From: Nitrososphaerota archaeon
GTDB taxonomy: Archaea > Thermoproteota > Nitrososphaeria_A > Caldarchaeales > Calditenuaceae
DNA length: 64,000 nucleotides
Direction of reading: 5' to 3'
NCBI GenBank assembly: GCA_041641295.1
Contig: JBEPYO010000001.1
Span: forward strand, 1,312,001-1,376,000
Each line of letters starts with the position of its first letter. Position 1 is the first letter of the stretch. The notes below the pieces were generated by a model. That model made no database searches. It was not told the origin of the DNA and saw nothing but the letters and a program-made list of their open reading frames with translations. Shown here piece by piece: positions 10,712 to 20,695 of this stretch. The translations under genes and the position numbers were made by a program.

Positions 10712-10984
10712 ATGAAGAAGAACTTACTAGAAAGGGTTGGGCTTGCCTTGTCCTTCATCGGTCTTGGACTCGTATTCCAGCCCTTTAGTAGCGAGCTACT
10801 ATACTATGGTTTTATCCTGATAGGAATCGGAGGGTTCACATACGTCTACTCGACCTACTTGCCGAATAATCCTAGCGGTGAGGTCGGTCTCAGAACTATG
10901 GTGAGGTGGCTCGTGACACTCGTGGGTGTTGTAGTATTCTTTGTTATGCTATCGATTTATCTTGTCCCTCTCTTGGTGGTGTAG
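10712..10984 (+). CDS. Small membrane protein within ABC operon
   Basis: 90 aa with about 3 hydrophobic segments, abutting both ATPase genes. Confidence 0.7.
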   Translation: MKKNLLERVGLALSFIGLGLVFQPFSSELLYYGFILIGIGGFTYVYSTYLPNNPSGEVGLRTMVRWLVTLVGVVVFFVMLSIYLVPLLVV

Positions 10985-10989
10985 GTGGT

Positions 10990-12084
10990 TTGGTGAAGGT
11001 ACGCGCTGAGAATGTAACCAAGATTTTCAAGACGTTGAAGGCGTTAGACAACGTCTCAGTAACTGTTGACCATGGGTTATTCTTTTGTCTTCTTGGACCT
11101 AGCGGGTCGGGCAAAACTACTTTGATGAGGATTATAGCCGGTCTGGAGACCCCTACGAGCGGCTCAATATTCTTCGACGATGAGGATGTCACCGGCTTAT
11201 CACCGTCTGAGAGGAATATAGCTATGGTTTTCCAGTTCCCCTCAATATATCCGAGCCTAAACGTGTACGACAACATCGCTTTAGCCATCAGACGAGAGGT
11301 CAAAAGCAAGCAGGAGGAGCGTGAAAGGGTTAAGTGGGCTGCCTCTCTTCTCCGCATAGAAGAGCATCTGAATAAGAGGCATCATGAGATTGACTTTGGG
11401 ATACTGCAGCGCGTATCCATAGCTAAAGCGATAGTGAGGAATGCGCAGGTATACATATTCGACGAGCCACTCAGCAACCTCGACACGAAACTGAGAGAAT
11501 CTTTGAGGTCCGAGTTCCAGCGCATACACAGGGAGGTCGGAGGCACCTTCATCTACGTCACCCATGACCAGTTGGAAGCCATGGCGATAGCTGATAAGAT
11601 AGGTATACTTCGAGATGGACGGCTCCAGCAGGTGGGAACTCCTGACGAGATCTACTACCATCCCGTTAACAAGTTTGTCGCCTATTTCATAGGTTCACCC
11701 ACTATCAACTTCATCGATACGAGACTGAGGCTGGTTGAGGGTAGGCTCTATGCTATGGTTGGGGACTCGCATATAGAGTTAGGAGAGGCGGCTAAACTCG
11801 CGCTACAGTCGCGACAGGACAAGCTAGAAAATATGCAGCTGGGTGTGAGGCCTCACGACATCAGCATATCTACCACTCCAGTAAGCGGCTCAATTCCATG
11901 CCTCGTAAATTACATAGAGTCGCTTGGTACAGAGCTCCTTGTAGAGTTAAAGAGTGGGTCTGCAACATTCAAGTGTCTCTGCGACGCGGCCCTAAACATT
12001 AAAGAGGGTATGCAGGTTTATGCTGTTTTCAACAAGGAGCACATCCACGTGATAGACCCTGAGACGGAGAAGGTAATTATTTAA
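10990..12084 (+). CDS. Sugar ABC ATPase (MalK-like) subunit 2
   Basis: GPSGSGKT, FDEPLSNLD, YVTHDQ; signature degenerate (IDFGILQR); start at 10990 or 10993. Confidence 0.9.
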   Translation: MVKVRAENVTKIFKTLKALDNVSVTVDHGLFFCLLGPSGSGKTTLMRIIAGLETPTSGSIFFDDEDVTGLSPSERNIAMVFQFPSIYPSLNVYDNIALAIRREVKSKQEERERVKWAASLLRIEEHLNKRHHEIDFGILQRVSIAKAIVRNAQVYIFDEPLSNLDTKLRESLRSEFQRIHREVGGTFIYVTHDQLEAMAIADKIGILRDGRLQQVGTPDEIYYHPVNKFVAYFIGSPTINFIDTRLRLVEGRLYAMVGDSHIELGEAAKLALQSRQDKLENMQLGVRPHDISISTTPVSGSIPCLVNYIESLGTELLVELKSGSATFKCLCDAALNIKEGMQVYAVFNKEHIHVIDPETEKVII

Positions 12085-12089
12085 GATAT

Positions 12090-12674
12090 TTGGGTAGAGT
12101 TTGTGGCCGAGGTATATTGTCGGGGCTTGTCCCGCCTTGGTGGCGTGTTTTTTGCGAGCCGGGGTCGGAATGGATTGTTGACGATTTTGCAACCGTGCTT
12201 TCCGAACTTGAGAAGAGGCCGCCGAATAGACAGCTCCTCAGTCCTGTGGTGAGTAGCTTCATAGCGGGATTACTCCAAGCCTCAGGCGGGCTGGGATACT
12301 TACAGGTCTCTGAAAACCCAATGATCTTCACCCCATTCGTCGCGCTGAGCTGTGACGAGGATACGGCCTCTTTTGTTATTAGGCAGGTGGGTGATGCGTG
12401 GCTGTCAAAGAGGGGCTCGAGGACGGTGGTTTACATCTTGGGGCTGAGGGCCGTGATACTGTTAAAGGTCATAGGCCCCTACCTCCGCGGCTTTAAGCAC
12501 ATAGTTTATGACGCTCTGGTTAGCTATGGTTACAAGTTGGGCGAAGATGGTCCCTCAAGGGTTGCTCGGAGGCATGGCTTGTCTTTCCGCTCCTCGATAG
12601 TTACCTTAGAAGGTAGGCGGTTAAGGCAAATAATTTTTGAGGGGCTTAGAAGACAGAGAGTCTCCTCTACTTGA
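12090..12674 (+). CDS. Hypothetical protein with degenerate LAGLIDADG-like domain
   Basis: SFIAGLLQASGGL resembles the LAGLIDADG helix; downstream VVYILG..AVILLKVIGPYL..K fits the fold. Confidence 0.55.
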   Translation: MGRVCGRGILSGLVPPWWRVFCEPGSEWIVDDFATVLSELEKRPPNRQLLSPVVSSFIAGLLQASGGLGYLQVSENPMIFTPFVALSCDEDTASFVIRQVGDAWLSKRGSRTVVYILGLRAVILLKVIGPYLRGFKHIVYDALVSYGYKLGEDGPSRVARRHGLSFRSSIVTLEGRRLRQIIFEGLRRQRVSST

Positions 12675-13077
12675 CAGCATATATCTTGAGTTTAAGGCCG
12701 TCGGGACCAGCTACTCCCTCAGCAAACCCCAAAGTCCAGTTCAGATGTCTGAGCTCGGGTATCGCTGTCTGGAAAAGAACAAACGCCCTTACATTGTATC
12801 CCTGGCCAGCGGGGACGGCGTATCCGCGCCTGAGTGCCGAGATTACACCCTTATCTGTCTTTATAGTCTCGTGCACATGGACATAGACACCGTCTCCACG
12901 ATCCGTCTTAACCGTTGACCCATAGTCTACCCCCTCATATGAGCCATTTATTTTCCCCGAGACCTTTCCCTGCAGGTAGAAGTCGGTCCTACCACCTGTA
13001 GCTCCGCCACCGACCTCAACAGTCCTAACTATCTTAGCTTCCAGCTCATAGAGAAGCTCTAAATCCATCGATATCAC
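12667..13077 (-). CDS. DUF3237-like beta-barrel protein
   Basis: G.V.G.I.G...G.DY, ETIKTD.G, FQTA.PEL..LN pattern. Confidence 0.6.
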   Translation of the reverse strand: MISMDLELLYELEAKIVRTVEVGGGATGGRTDFYLQGKVSGKINGSYEGVDYGSTVKTDRGDGVYVHVHETIKTDKGVISALRRGYAVPAGQGYNVRAFVLFQTAIPELRHLNWTLGFAEGVAGPDGLKLKIYAVK

Positions 13078-13904
13078 CTCTCCACAAACCAGGCTGATTC
13101 TGCGACGTATCTTAGACTCTCTCCTGGATTGAGGAAAACGAGGTTAGTGGATGGCGACATGACAGAGACGGCCTGTCTAAGTTTCTCTTTATCAAGCCTC
13201 TGCCTCGGGAATGTATCGTAGTGGCATGGAATGGCTATCTTTGGTTTCAATATCTTGCACGCATATGCAAACTCTCTTATGCCCATGTTATACTGGCCTC
13301 CGGCGGTCATTATGCATATTTCAGGGCTGTATAACTCCTGAATCATGTGCATCTCCATCGAGACTCCCGTGTCTCCTGATGCATAGATCACAGGGCCGTC
13401 GGGGAATGATATCACATACCCAGCCGCGGCGTCCGGATACCTAGTCTTGTTTTTTACATAGTCGTAATGCATAATGCTGCTTGAGTGGAATGCAGGAACC
13501 ATGGTGTATGTGACTCCCCTAATATTGCAGCTTCCACCCACATTGAGTGGGTACATCCAATAGTTCCTCCCCGATTTTGGGTCTGGGTCTGAGTCGTATG
13601 GTATTCCATGTATGTCGGCATACATTCCAACCTCTGGGGTGCATATCAGGCATGCGCCGGTCTTCTTCACGATCTCGATAGCGTGTCCAATATGGTCTAT
13701 GTGGCCGTGTGTGACAAGGACCACAGTCGCCTCCTTTACATCGTCAAGGCCGATAGGGCTTACAGGACTGGTCCATCCACCTGCGATTCCGGGAGACTTG
13801 AGCCACGGGTCGAGATAGATCTTCTCATCTTTCCACTCGATATAGAATGATGCGTGCCCGATATATTGTATCTTAACTTCTGGCATAGCGTTGTGAAAAA
13901 GCAT
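13074..13904 (-). CDS. Metal-dependent hydrolase, metallo-beta-lactamase fold (UPF0173-like)
   Basis: GHASF, THGHIDH, SGDT, IPCHYDTF. Confidence 0.88.
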   Translation of the reverse strand: MLFHNAMPEVKIQYIGHASFYIEWKDEKIYLDPWLKSPGIAGGWTSPVSPIGLDDVKEATVVLVTHGHIDHIGHAIEIVKKTGACLICTPEVGMYADIHGIPYDSDPDPKSGRNYWMYPLNVGGSCNIRGVTYTMVPAFHSSSIMHYDYVKNKTRYPDAAAGYVISFPDGPVIYASGDTGVSMEMHMIQELYSPEICIMTAGGQYNMGIREFAYACKILKPKIAIPCHYDTFPRQRLDKEKLRQAVSVMSPSTNLVFLNPGESLRYVAESAWFVER

Positions 13905-13947
13905 CTGGATGATATATAAGCGTTATACTCTATACTCGTTGCACTGA

Positions 13948-14961
13948 TTAGTGCTTCTCCCTCAGAGCCTTCAACACTTTTTCAGGGGTTATGGGTAGCT
14001 CGGTAATCTGTACACCAATGGCATCGTAGATCGCATTAACGATCGCTGGTGCTATGCCGTTTGCCACCATCTCGCCCACGCCCTTAGCACCATATGGGCC
14101 TGTCTGGGTGGGCGATTCTACAATTTTGTAGATAATCTTTGGTACGTCGCCTGCTGTGGGTAAGACGTATTCGCGGAAGCTCGTGGTTTGATGTGTTAGT
14201 TGCGGGTATCGGGGATAAACTGTCTCTCTAAGGGCAGCGCCCAGACCCATAACCGCGCCACCTATTATCTGGCCCTCAACTAGTTTTGGATTAATGGCTC
14301 TGCCAACTTCGTAGACTGTAACTAGCTGAAGGACGGTCACCTCTCCGGTCTCGGTGTCAACCTCTACATCTGCCACTACACAGCCATGAGCCATCGTAGA
14401 ATGAGGGTCGGACTCTCCAGTGTCGGGATCTACAAGGCTTTTGGGCTTGACATAATGACCCTTACCTACGACCGGAGTATTGTAGACGAACTGCGCTTGG
14501 CTAGCGACCTCCCTCACGGTTAGGGACTTATCTGGCACACCCCTAACCCATATCTTACCATTCCTAATTTCTAGGTCTTGCGGTGAGACCTCCAGTATTT
14601 TCGACGCTACATCCAGCAGTATCTGCCTTACCTCCTGTCCAGCTTTTATAATTGCATTTCCCATCCTGTGTGTTGTTCTACTGGCAAATGTACCTGTATC
14701 GTGAGGGGCTAATTGTGTATCTCCAAATCTGACTTCAACGTCTTCAACAGAGGCTCCGATGGCTTCGGCCGCGATCTGGGCCAGTACTGTTCTCAAACCT
14801 TGGCCCAGCTCGACGCTCGCTACATTTACCACGAATGTGCCGTCCGGCTGGGCTACTATAACTGTCTGGCTAGGGTCTCCACCAAGGTTCATGCCCGTTG
14901 GATAGCATATGGCCGCGATGCCCCGACCCCTAAGCTTCGCCACTTCCCCCTTCACCCCCAT
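13948..14961 (-). CDS. Xanthine dehydrogenase family molybdopterin-binding subunit, C-terminal half
   Basis: ELGQG, TFASR, VEGQIIGG, GAKGVGE (catalytic Glu), LPITPEKV. Confidence 0.9.
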   Translation of the reverse strand: MGVKGEVAKLRGRGIAAICYPTGMNLGGDPSQTVIVAQPDGTFVVNVASVELGQGLRTVLAQIAAEAIGASVEDVEVRFGDTQLAPHDTGTFASRTTHRMGNAIIKAGQEVRQILLDVASKILEVSPQDLEIRNGKIWVRGVPDKSLTVREVASQAQFVYNTPVVGKGHYVKPKSLVDPDTGESDPHSTMAHGCVVADVEVDTETGEVTVLQLVTVYEVGRAINPKLVEGQIIGGAVMGLGAALRETVYPRYPQLTHQTTSFREYVLPTAGDVPKIIYKIVESPTQTGPYGAKGVGEMVANGIAPAIVNAIYDAIGVQITELPITPEKVLKALREKH

Positions 14962-16322
14962 GAACTCATCTGAAGCAGGTGACTAGGTAGACTAACACCT
15001 GCGAGTGCAGCCGCTTCCTTCATGACTTCGATAAGGTAAGCATCGTCTATCAGCCTACCCGTGGCCGAGACCTGTCCATTCTTGTAAGCGTTCTTAAACC
15101 TGAACTCCCACGAATCAATACCCAGCTTCCTGGCATCCCTCTCTATCTGCAACTCCACGGCGTAAGAGACTTCAAAGACTCCGTATCCCCGCATGGCACT
15201 CGAGGGCTGCCTATTAGTGTATACACAGTATCCCTCATAGTATACGTTGGGGATTTGGTACGGTCCCGAGAGGTTAACTGTTGCCTTTATGACACCGTAT
15301 GGAGACGTTCTGGTGTACGCTCCCGAGTCGTGGAGGAGTCTCGCCTTTCTCCCTAGGATCAGACCATCACTTGATAGAGCGTCCTGAATCTCAATCTTAA
15401 CGGCTGGGCGCGTAGTAGACACGGTGAACTCCTCCTCCCTAGTCCACCTCCATTTGACAGGTCTCCCAACACACATCGCGGCAACAGCGACCTGCATCTC
15501 AAATTCTGGGTCCACCTTGCCTCCGAACCCTCCACCCACCGCTGGGGCAACAACCCGTATATTCGACGCGGGAATCTTGAGGATTGTAGCTACATTATCC
15601 CTCACAAAATACGGCGCCTGGGTCGTAGTGTATATTGTGAGCCTCTGCCCCGGCTCAGGCTTCGCCACACATACATGTGGCTCAATCGGCGCATGCTCGA
15701 TTGGCGGAATCAGGTAGCTGCCCTCGACCACGTAGTCCGCCCTCTTAAAAGCCGCCTCCACATCACCCCTCTTCACCAAGAAGAAGGGCCTGCCAGGCCT
15801 GCCGGGCCTAGTTGCTCCGTCCATTCCTGAGCCATAGATGAAGGCGTTTATACCCCACTTCGTGATGACGGGCGCACCGGGCTTCAGTGCCTCCTCCATG
15901 TCGAGAACAGGGGGCAGCTCCTCGATCTCAACTTCCACCAACTGAGCCCCCTTAGCAGCAGTTTCTTCATCTTTAGCGACTACGAGGCATATTGCCTCTC
16001 CCTTATAGTTAACCTCACTCTCTGGAAGAACAGGCTCATCAGGCGGACCTATACCTATTCCAGCCATGTTGACGTGAATGTTATTAGGCACATCTTTAGC
16101 GGTAATTATCCGCACGACACCCGGCAGCTTTTCAGCCTTCGAAGTGTCAATCTTCTTGATCCTACCACGTGCCACGGGGCTGCGAACAGCCTTTACCCAA
16201 AGCATCCCTGGGAAAGATATCTCATCGACGTATTGTGTGGCGCCGGTGACGTGGCTCAACAGCTGGACATTCTTAACAGGTGAGCCTACAACCGAGAACT
16301 GACTCGACATTGCCTCTCTCAC
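14952..16322 (-). CDS. Xanthine dehydrogenase family molybdopterin-binding subunit, N-terminal half
   Basis: HAPIEPH, VGGGFGGK, AMRGYG. Confidence 0.9.
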   Translation of the reverse strand: MREAMSSQFSVVGSPVKNVQLLSHVTGATQYVDEISFPGMLWVKAVRSPVARGRIKKIDTSKAEKLPGVVRIITAKDVPNNIHVNMAGIGIGPPDEPVLPESEVNYKGEAICLVVAKDEETAAKGAQLVEVEIEELPPVLDMEEALKPGAPVITKWGINAFIYGSGMDGATRPGRPGRPFFLVKRGDVEAAFKRADYVVEGSYLIPPIEHAPIEPHVCVAKPEPGQRLTIYTTTQAPYFVRDNVATILKIPASNIRVVAPAVGGGFGGKVDPEFEMQVAVAAMCVGRPVKWRWTREEEFTVSTTRPAVKIEIQDALSSDGLILGRKARLLHDSGAYTRTSPYGVIKATVNLSGPYQIPNVYYEGYCVYTNRQPSSAMRGYGVFEVSYAVELQIERDARKLGIDSWEFRFKNAYKNGQVSATGRLIDDAYLIEVMKEAAALAGVSLPSHLLQMSSWG

Positions 16323-16783
16323 CTCTTAGCTACTGACTTGATAGCGTTTATGATTGGAATATAGCCTGTACATCTGCAGAGGTTGCCCGCCAGTGCGTCA
16401 AACAACTCCTCGTCAGAGGGGGTCGGGTTCTTTTCGAGGAGAACTTTGGCCGTCAAGATCATTCCGGGAGTGCAATATCCACACTGCGCCGCATCGTTCT
16501 CGAGGAAGGCTTTCTGTATTTCACTCAATTCACCGTCGCGAGCCAAGCCAGCCACGGTTGTGACTTCCTTCCCGTCAACATAGCCGGCAAGTGTAAGGCA
16601 TGAATACCTGAGCCTCCCGTTGATCAAGACCATGCACGCGCCGCACGACCCTTCCCCGCATCCGAAATTCACAGAACCCACACCTATCTTGTCCTTCAAT
16701 ACTTTCAGGAGAGTGTCTGTATGCTTTACGTCAACCTCGACGTCTTGACCATCAAGTTTGAATCTTATTCTCAATTCAATCAC
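16319..16783 (-). CDS. [2Fe-2S] small subunit (CoxS/XdhC family)
   Basis: GCGEGSCGAC, QCGYCTPG, GNLCRCTGY. Confidence 0.95.
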   Translation of the reverse strand: MIELRIRFKLDGQDVEVDVKHTDTLLKVLKDKIGVGSVNFGCGEGSCGACMVLINGRLRYSCLTLAGYVDGKEVTTVAGLARDGELSEIQKAFLENDAAQCGYCTPGMILTAKVLLEKNPTPSDEELFDALAGNLCRCTGYIPIINAIKSVAKR

Positions 16784-17667
16784 CCCCGAGAGATGAAGTC
16801 ATATAAAATCCTTTTGAAAAGGACTTGTGCAAGCTCCCTCCTATACCATGAGGACGCCAGAGCATCGTCGATTACCTCCACTCCATCGGTTAACTGTTGA
16901 GCCGCCCCGTCTATAAGCTGCTCTGTTAACTTCTTGCCCGTAAACATTTTTTCGACCTTCTTAGCGCGGTATGGATGTGTTGTCAGGCCCCCTAGTGCCA
17001 CCATTGCTCTGCGCGCTTTGCCATTCCTGTCCAAATCAAGGCTAACAGAGACAGAAGCTATTGTTGGCCCGCTATACTTCCAAGGAGTCTGCTTCAGGAA
17101 TGCGGAATGCTTTGGCGGCTTGTTAATCTTGACCGCTGTCAGTATCTCATCTGGTCTGATGTTGAACTGTAGCGGGCCTTTGTAGAACTTGGATAGTGGC
17201 ACACTTCGCACACCGCCGCCCCCTCTCAGAATGAGTATCGCGTCAAGGGCTAGGAGGGCAGTTGCTATGTCTCCTGCGGGTGCAGGTGTGAAGATGTTGC
17301 CGCCAACAGTGGCCATGTCTTTGAGTGCAAGACCGTGTATACTTTCTGCAGCTCTCTTCAATGCATCCGGGAGACCTCTGCTCCGAATTAGCCTCGCGAT
17401 AGGGGTTGTGGCGCCTATCTCGATACTGTTCGCCCGAATTTTCACATAGTTGAGGGGGACTTTCTCAAGAGATATTATGGCTTGAGGCTCAATTATCATT
17501 TTGCTAATTAGCTGTACGGCGGCTGTTCCACCGGCCACGACTAGTGCCTTATCCCTGAGCTTTCTCTTAAGCGACACGACCTCTTGCACGTTTGCAGGCG
17601 TAAGATAGCCACTCGCAATTAGACTCATATCATCAAACGCCTCGCATCTCAAAAAAATAGCTAACAT
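16780..17667 (-). CDS. FAD-binding medium subunit (CoxM/XdhB family)
   Basis: AGGT, ATVGGN, ASSWYR; true start may be the internal Met of MSLIAS. Confidence 0.9.
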   Translation of the reverse strand: MLAIFLRCEAFDDMSLIASGYLTPANVQEVVSLKRKLRDKALVVAGGTAAVQLISKMIIEPQAIISLEKVPLNYVKIRANSIEIGATTPIARLIRSRGLPDALKRAAESIHGLALKDMATVGGNIFTPAPAGDIATALLALDAILILRGGGGVRSVPLSKFYKGPLQFNIRPDEILTAVKINKPPKHSAFLKQTPWKYSGPTIASVSVSLDLDRNGKARRAMVALGGLTTHPYRAKKVEKMFTGKKLTEQLIDGAAQQLTDGVEVIDDALASSWYRRELAQVLFKRILYDFISRG

Positions 17668-17807
17668 TTAAGCATTCTGACAGCCTATCACAGATACCGC
17701 GTTGAATAAACCGAGTAACCCCTCTATCTGCATTGTAGAAATACTCCTATGAGGGCGATTCACATATCCCGTTAAACCAATTGGCAACGATTGAGTTTTC
17801 GAAAGAG

Positions 17808-17879
17808 TGGACCGGGCGGGATTCGAACCCGCGACCTCCCGGGTGCAAACCGGGTGATCTACCGCTGATCTACCGGCCC
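17808..17879 (-). tRNA. tRNA-Ala(TGC)
   Basis: GGGCCGG/CCGGTCC acceptor with G3:U70, anticodon loop TTTGCAC, GTTCGAATC T-loop; CCA not encoded. Confidence 0.97.
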
Positions 17880-17938
17880 CTATACTCAAGCTTGGCTCGA
17901 GGAAAATATAAAGTGTGGATGTGGGTGTGGGTGATTGG

Positions 17939-18235
17939 ATGAGGGCAGTGGCTGTGGGTGGCAAGCTTTTCGTCGCTTCGTTCCGTATTGCGGGGATGGG
18001 TGGTGTGGTTGTGGAGGATGGGCGTGAGGCTCTAAGGGTCATTCAGGAACTCTCTAGGGACCCTGATGTCGGCTTGATACTTGTGAGCGACGAGTTTGGG
18101 CCCGAGTTTGCCAGCAGGGTCGGGCAGCTCAGCTCTACCCTTCCAAAACCAGTGGTCTATCTCCTCCCGAAACCGGGTGAAAAGCCCTCCGAGGTAGACT
18201 ACAGGGCGATGCTTAGGAGGATACTAGGTATTTAA
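17939..18235 (+). CDS. atpF: A/V-type ATP synthase subunit F
   Basis: F.IAG..G and D.GLILVS motifs; upstream of E and A. Confidence 0.85.
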   Translation: MRAVAVGGKLFVASFRIAGMGGVVVEDGREALRVIQELSRDPDVGLILVSDEFGPEFASRVGQLSSTLPKPVVYLLPKPGEKPSEVDYRAMLRRILGI

Positions 18236-18262
18236 CGTGGCGGGCTGAGCGGTTGATGGGTT

Positions 18263-18871
18263 ATGCCCCCGATGAAGCTTGAGGATGTTTTGAAGAGTGT
18301 CGTTGAGGACGCCCTGGTAGAGTTTAGGGCGAAGATCCGGGAGATTGAGGAGGAGGGTCTGAGGCGGCTTAGGGAAGGTGCTGATGAGCTGGGAAGACAG
18401 GCCGCCGCCGCTTCGCAGGCTATTCAGAGAGAGTCCACCGCATTGAGAATGAGGCTTGTCAGCCAAGCCATGCTTGAGGCTAGACGCGAATACTTAGAAT
18501 CGGTTGAAAAATGCGTCGATACAATCATCAAGGAGGCCCTAGACCGTATACCCTCCCTGAAGAAGAGCGGGGAGTATCGCCAGGCCCTCAGCGCTCTTCT
18601 GAGGGAGGCCTTAGAGGTTGTTGGGAGTGATGAAGTAGTGGTCGAGTGTTCGAGAGAGGATCAGCGGCAGGTACGTGAGCTTGCGGGAGAGCTGGGAAAG
18701 GAACTTGGTGTAAAGATTAGGTTATCGGAGAATTCACTTGACAGTGTGGGTGGGGTTAGAGTGATTAGAAGTGATGGCTCCATGATTTATGATAATACTG
18801 TCGAGGCTAGGCTTGAGAGGATGCGTGAGGAAATTCGTAGGGAAATAATCAAGCGGCTCCTCGCCTCCTGA
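18263..18871 (+). CDS. atpE: A/V-type ATP synthase subunit E
   Basis: N-terminal coiled coil, GGVRV..SDG...YDNTVEARL. Confidence 0.9.
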   Translation: MPPMKLEDVLKSVVEDALVEFRAKIREIEEEGLRRLREGADELGRQAAAASQAIQRESTALRMRLVSQAMLEARREYLESVEKCVDTIIKEALDRIPSLKKSGEYRQALSALLREALEVVGSDEVVVECSREDQRQVRELAGELGKELGVKIRLSENSLDSVGGVRVIRSDGSMIYDNTVEARLERMREEIRREIIKRLLAS

Positions 18872-18917
18872 AGATAGTCAAAGTTTTTTAGCTGGATATG
18901 TGCTGAAACCATTAGTT

Positions 18918-20690
18918 ATGCCTGTTAAGGGAAAGATCCTCTGGATATCTGGTCCGACGGTTAAGGCTGGAGGAATGACGGGAGCTAAGATGTACGAGAT
19001 GGTATATGTCGGTGAGGAGAAGCTTGTCGGCGAGGTCATCAGACTCAGCGGGGACAATGCCTACGTGCAGGTATATGAGAACACTTCGGGATTAGCCCCC
19101 GAAGAGCCCGTCATAGGTACGGGCGGCCCCCTCTCCGTCACCCTCGGGCCCGGCGTAATAGGTAGCATCTATGATGGTGTTCAGAGGCCGCTTGACAGGA
19201 TAGCTCAGCAGGTCGGCGCCTTTGTGAAGAGGGGTGTATCGGTTCCGAGCATCCCGCTGGATAAGAAGTGGAGGTTCAAGCCCCTGGTCAAGGTGGGGGC
19301 ACGGGCTGAGCCTGGGACCGTGATAGGTGAGGTTGAGGAGACACCTCTAATCAAGACGTACATCATGATTCCGCCAGACGTTAAGCCGGGAACGATAAAG
19401 TATGTTGCACCGGAAGGTGAGTACACGGTGCAGGAGACTGTGGCCGAGATAGAGGGCAAGGAGGGCAAAGTAGCTGTATCAATGATGCATAGGTGGCCCG
19501 TGAGGAGTCCACGCCCAATAAAGAGGAGGCTTGACCCTGTCGTCCCCCTGATAACTGGTCAACGCGTCCTAGACATTCTCTTCCCAATGGCCAAGGGTGG
19601 GACAGGCTGTATACCCGGAGCTTTTGGGACTGGGAAGACGGTCACGCTACATCAGCTGGCTAAGTGGAGCGATGCGAAGGTTATACTCCACATAGGGTGT
19701 GGTGAGCGTGGGAATGAGGAGGCTGAGGTCCTGAAGGAGTTTCCGCATCTGACAGACCCTCACACCGGCAGACCCCTCATGGAGAGGACTGTGCTGATAG
19801 CTAACACTAGCAATATGCCAGTCTCGGCTAGAGAGGCCAGCATCTACACTGGTGCAGCATTGGCAGAGTATTATAGGGATATGGGGTATGATGTCCTGCT
19901 TGTGGCCGATTCGACGAGCCGGTGGGCTGAGGCTCTGAGGGAGATTAGCGGGCGGTTGGAGGAGATGCCAGCCGAGGAGGGTTATCCAAGCTATCTAGCA
20001 AGCAGGCTTGCGGAGTTCTATGAGAGGGCCGGACGAGTAGAGGTCCTCGGAGAACCCAGCAGGGTTGGAAGCCTCACAATCGTGGGGGCTGTCTCACCCC
20101 CCGGCGGAGACTTCACAGAACCGGTCACTACACATACGCTCAGGTTTGTCAGGGTCTTTTGGGCGCTCGACCCCAACCTAGCATATACACGGCACTATCC
20201 GGCCATAAACTGGATAATGAGCTACTCCGCATACGTAGACACCGTGGCGGAGTGGTGGAGCAAGATAGGCGGAGACTGGTATGAGGCGAGGGCCAAGCTA
20301 TACAGTATCCTGAGGAGGGAGGAGGAGTTGCTAGAGCTTGTGAGGCTACTGGGCCCCGAAGCACTCGCGGATGAAGAGAACCTGATCCTAGATGTTGCAA
20401 GGATGATCAGGGAGGGATTCCTACAGCAGAGCGCCTACGATGAGGTGGACTCCTACTGTAACCCGCAGAAGCAGTTTAAGATGCTCAAAATGTTTGTAAA
20501 CTTCTATGAGCAGGCACTCGCAGCCATAGGCAGGGGGGTGAAAATCGAGGACATAAGAGCGCTCAAGGTCATTACAAAGATGCTGAGGGCGAAATACATG
20601 ATAAGAAACGAGGAGCTCGATAAGTTCGACGAGCTGGAGGCCGAAATAAGGTCGGAGATTGAGGCGTTAAAGGCCGAAGTCCCTGCGTGA
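18918..20690 (+). CDS. atpA: A/V-type ATP synthase catalytic subunit A
   Basis: [25 protein letters not shown]; no intein. Confidence 0.97.
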   Translation: MPVKGKILWISGPTVKAGGMTGAKMYEMVYVGEEKLVGEVIRLSGDNAYVQVYENTSGLAPEEPVIGTGGPLSVTLGPGVIGSIYDGVQRPLDRIAQQVGAFVKRGVSVPSIPLDKKWRFKPLVKVGARAEPGTVIGEVEETPLIKTYIMIPPDVKPGTIKYVAPEGEYTVQETVAEIEGKEGKVAVSMMHRWPVRSPRPIKRRLDPVVPLITGQRVLDILFPMAKGGTGCIPGAFGTGKTVTLHQLAKWSDAKVILHIGCGERGNEEAEVLKEFPHLTDPHTGRPLMERTVLIANTSNMPVSAREASIYTGAALAEYYRDMGYDVLLVADSTSRWAEALREISGRLEEMPAEEGYPSYLASRLAEFYERAGRVEVLGEPSRVGSLTIVGAVSPPGGDFTEPVTTHTLRFVRVFWALDPNLAYTRHYPAINWIMSYSAYVDTVAEWWSKIGGDWYEARAKLYSILRREEELLELVRLLGPEALADEENLILDVARMIREGFLQQSAYDEVDSYCNPQKQFKMLKMFVNFYEQALAAIGRGVKIEDIRALKVITKMLRAKYMIRNEELDKFDELEAEIRSEIEALKAEVPA

Positions 20691-20695
20691 AGAAA

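Noticed and set aside
13948-17667. Aerobic CO dehydrogenase (coxMSL)
   Set aside because: Active-site loop is AMRGYG, not AYXCSFR (form I) or AYXGAGR (form II).
6020-17808. Integrative element inserted at tRNA-Ala
   Set aside because: No integrase and no duplicated tRNA 3' end found by eye.
17668-18042. 124-aa minus-strand ORF
   Set aside because: Overlaps tRNA-Ala and is antisense to atpF; spurious.
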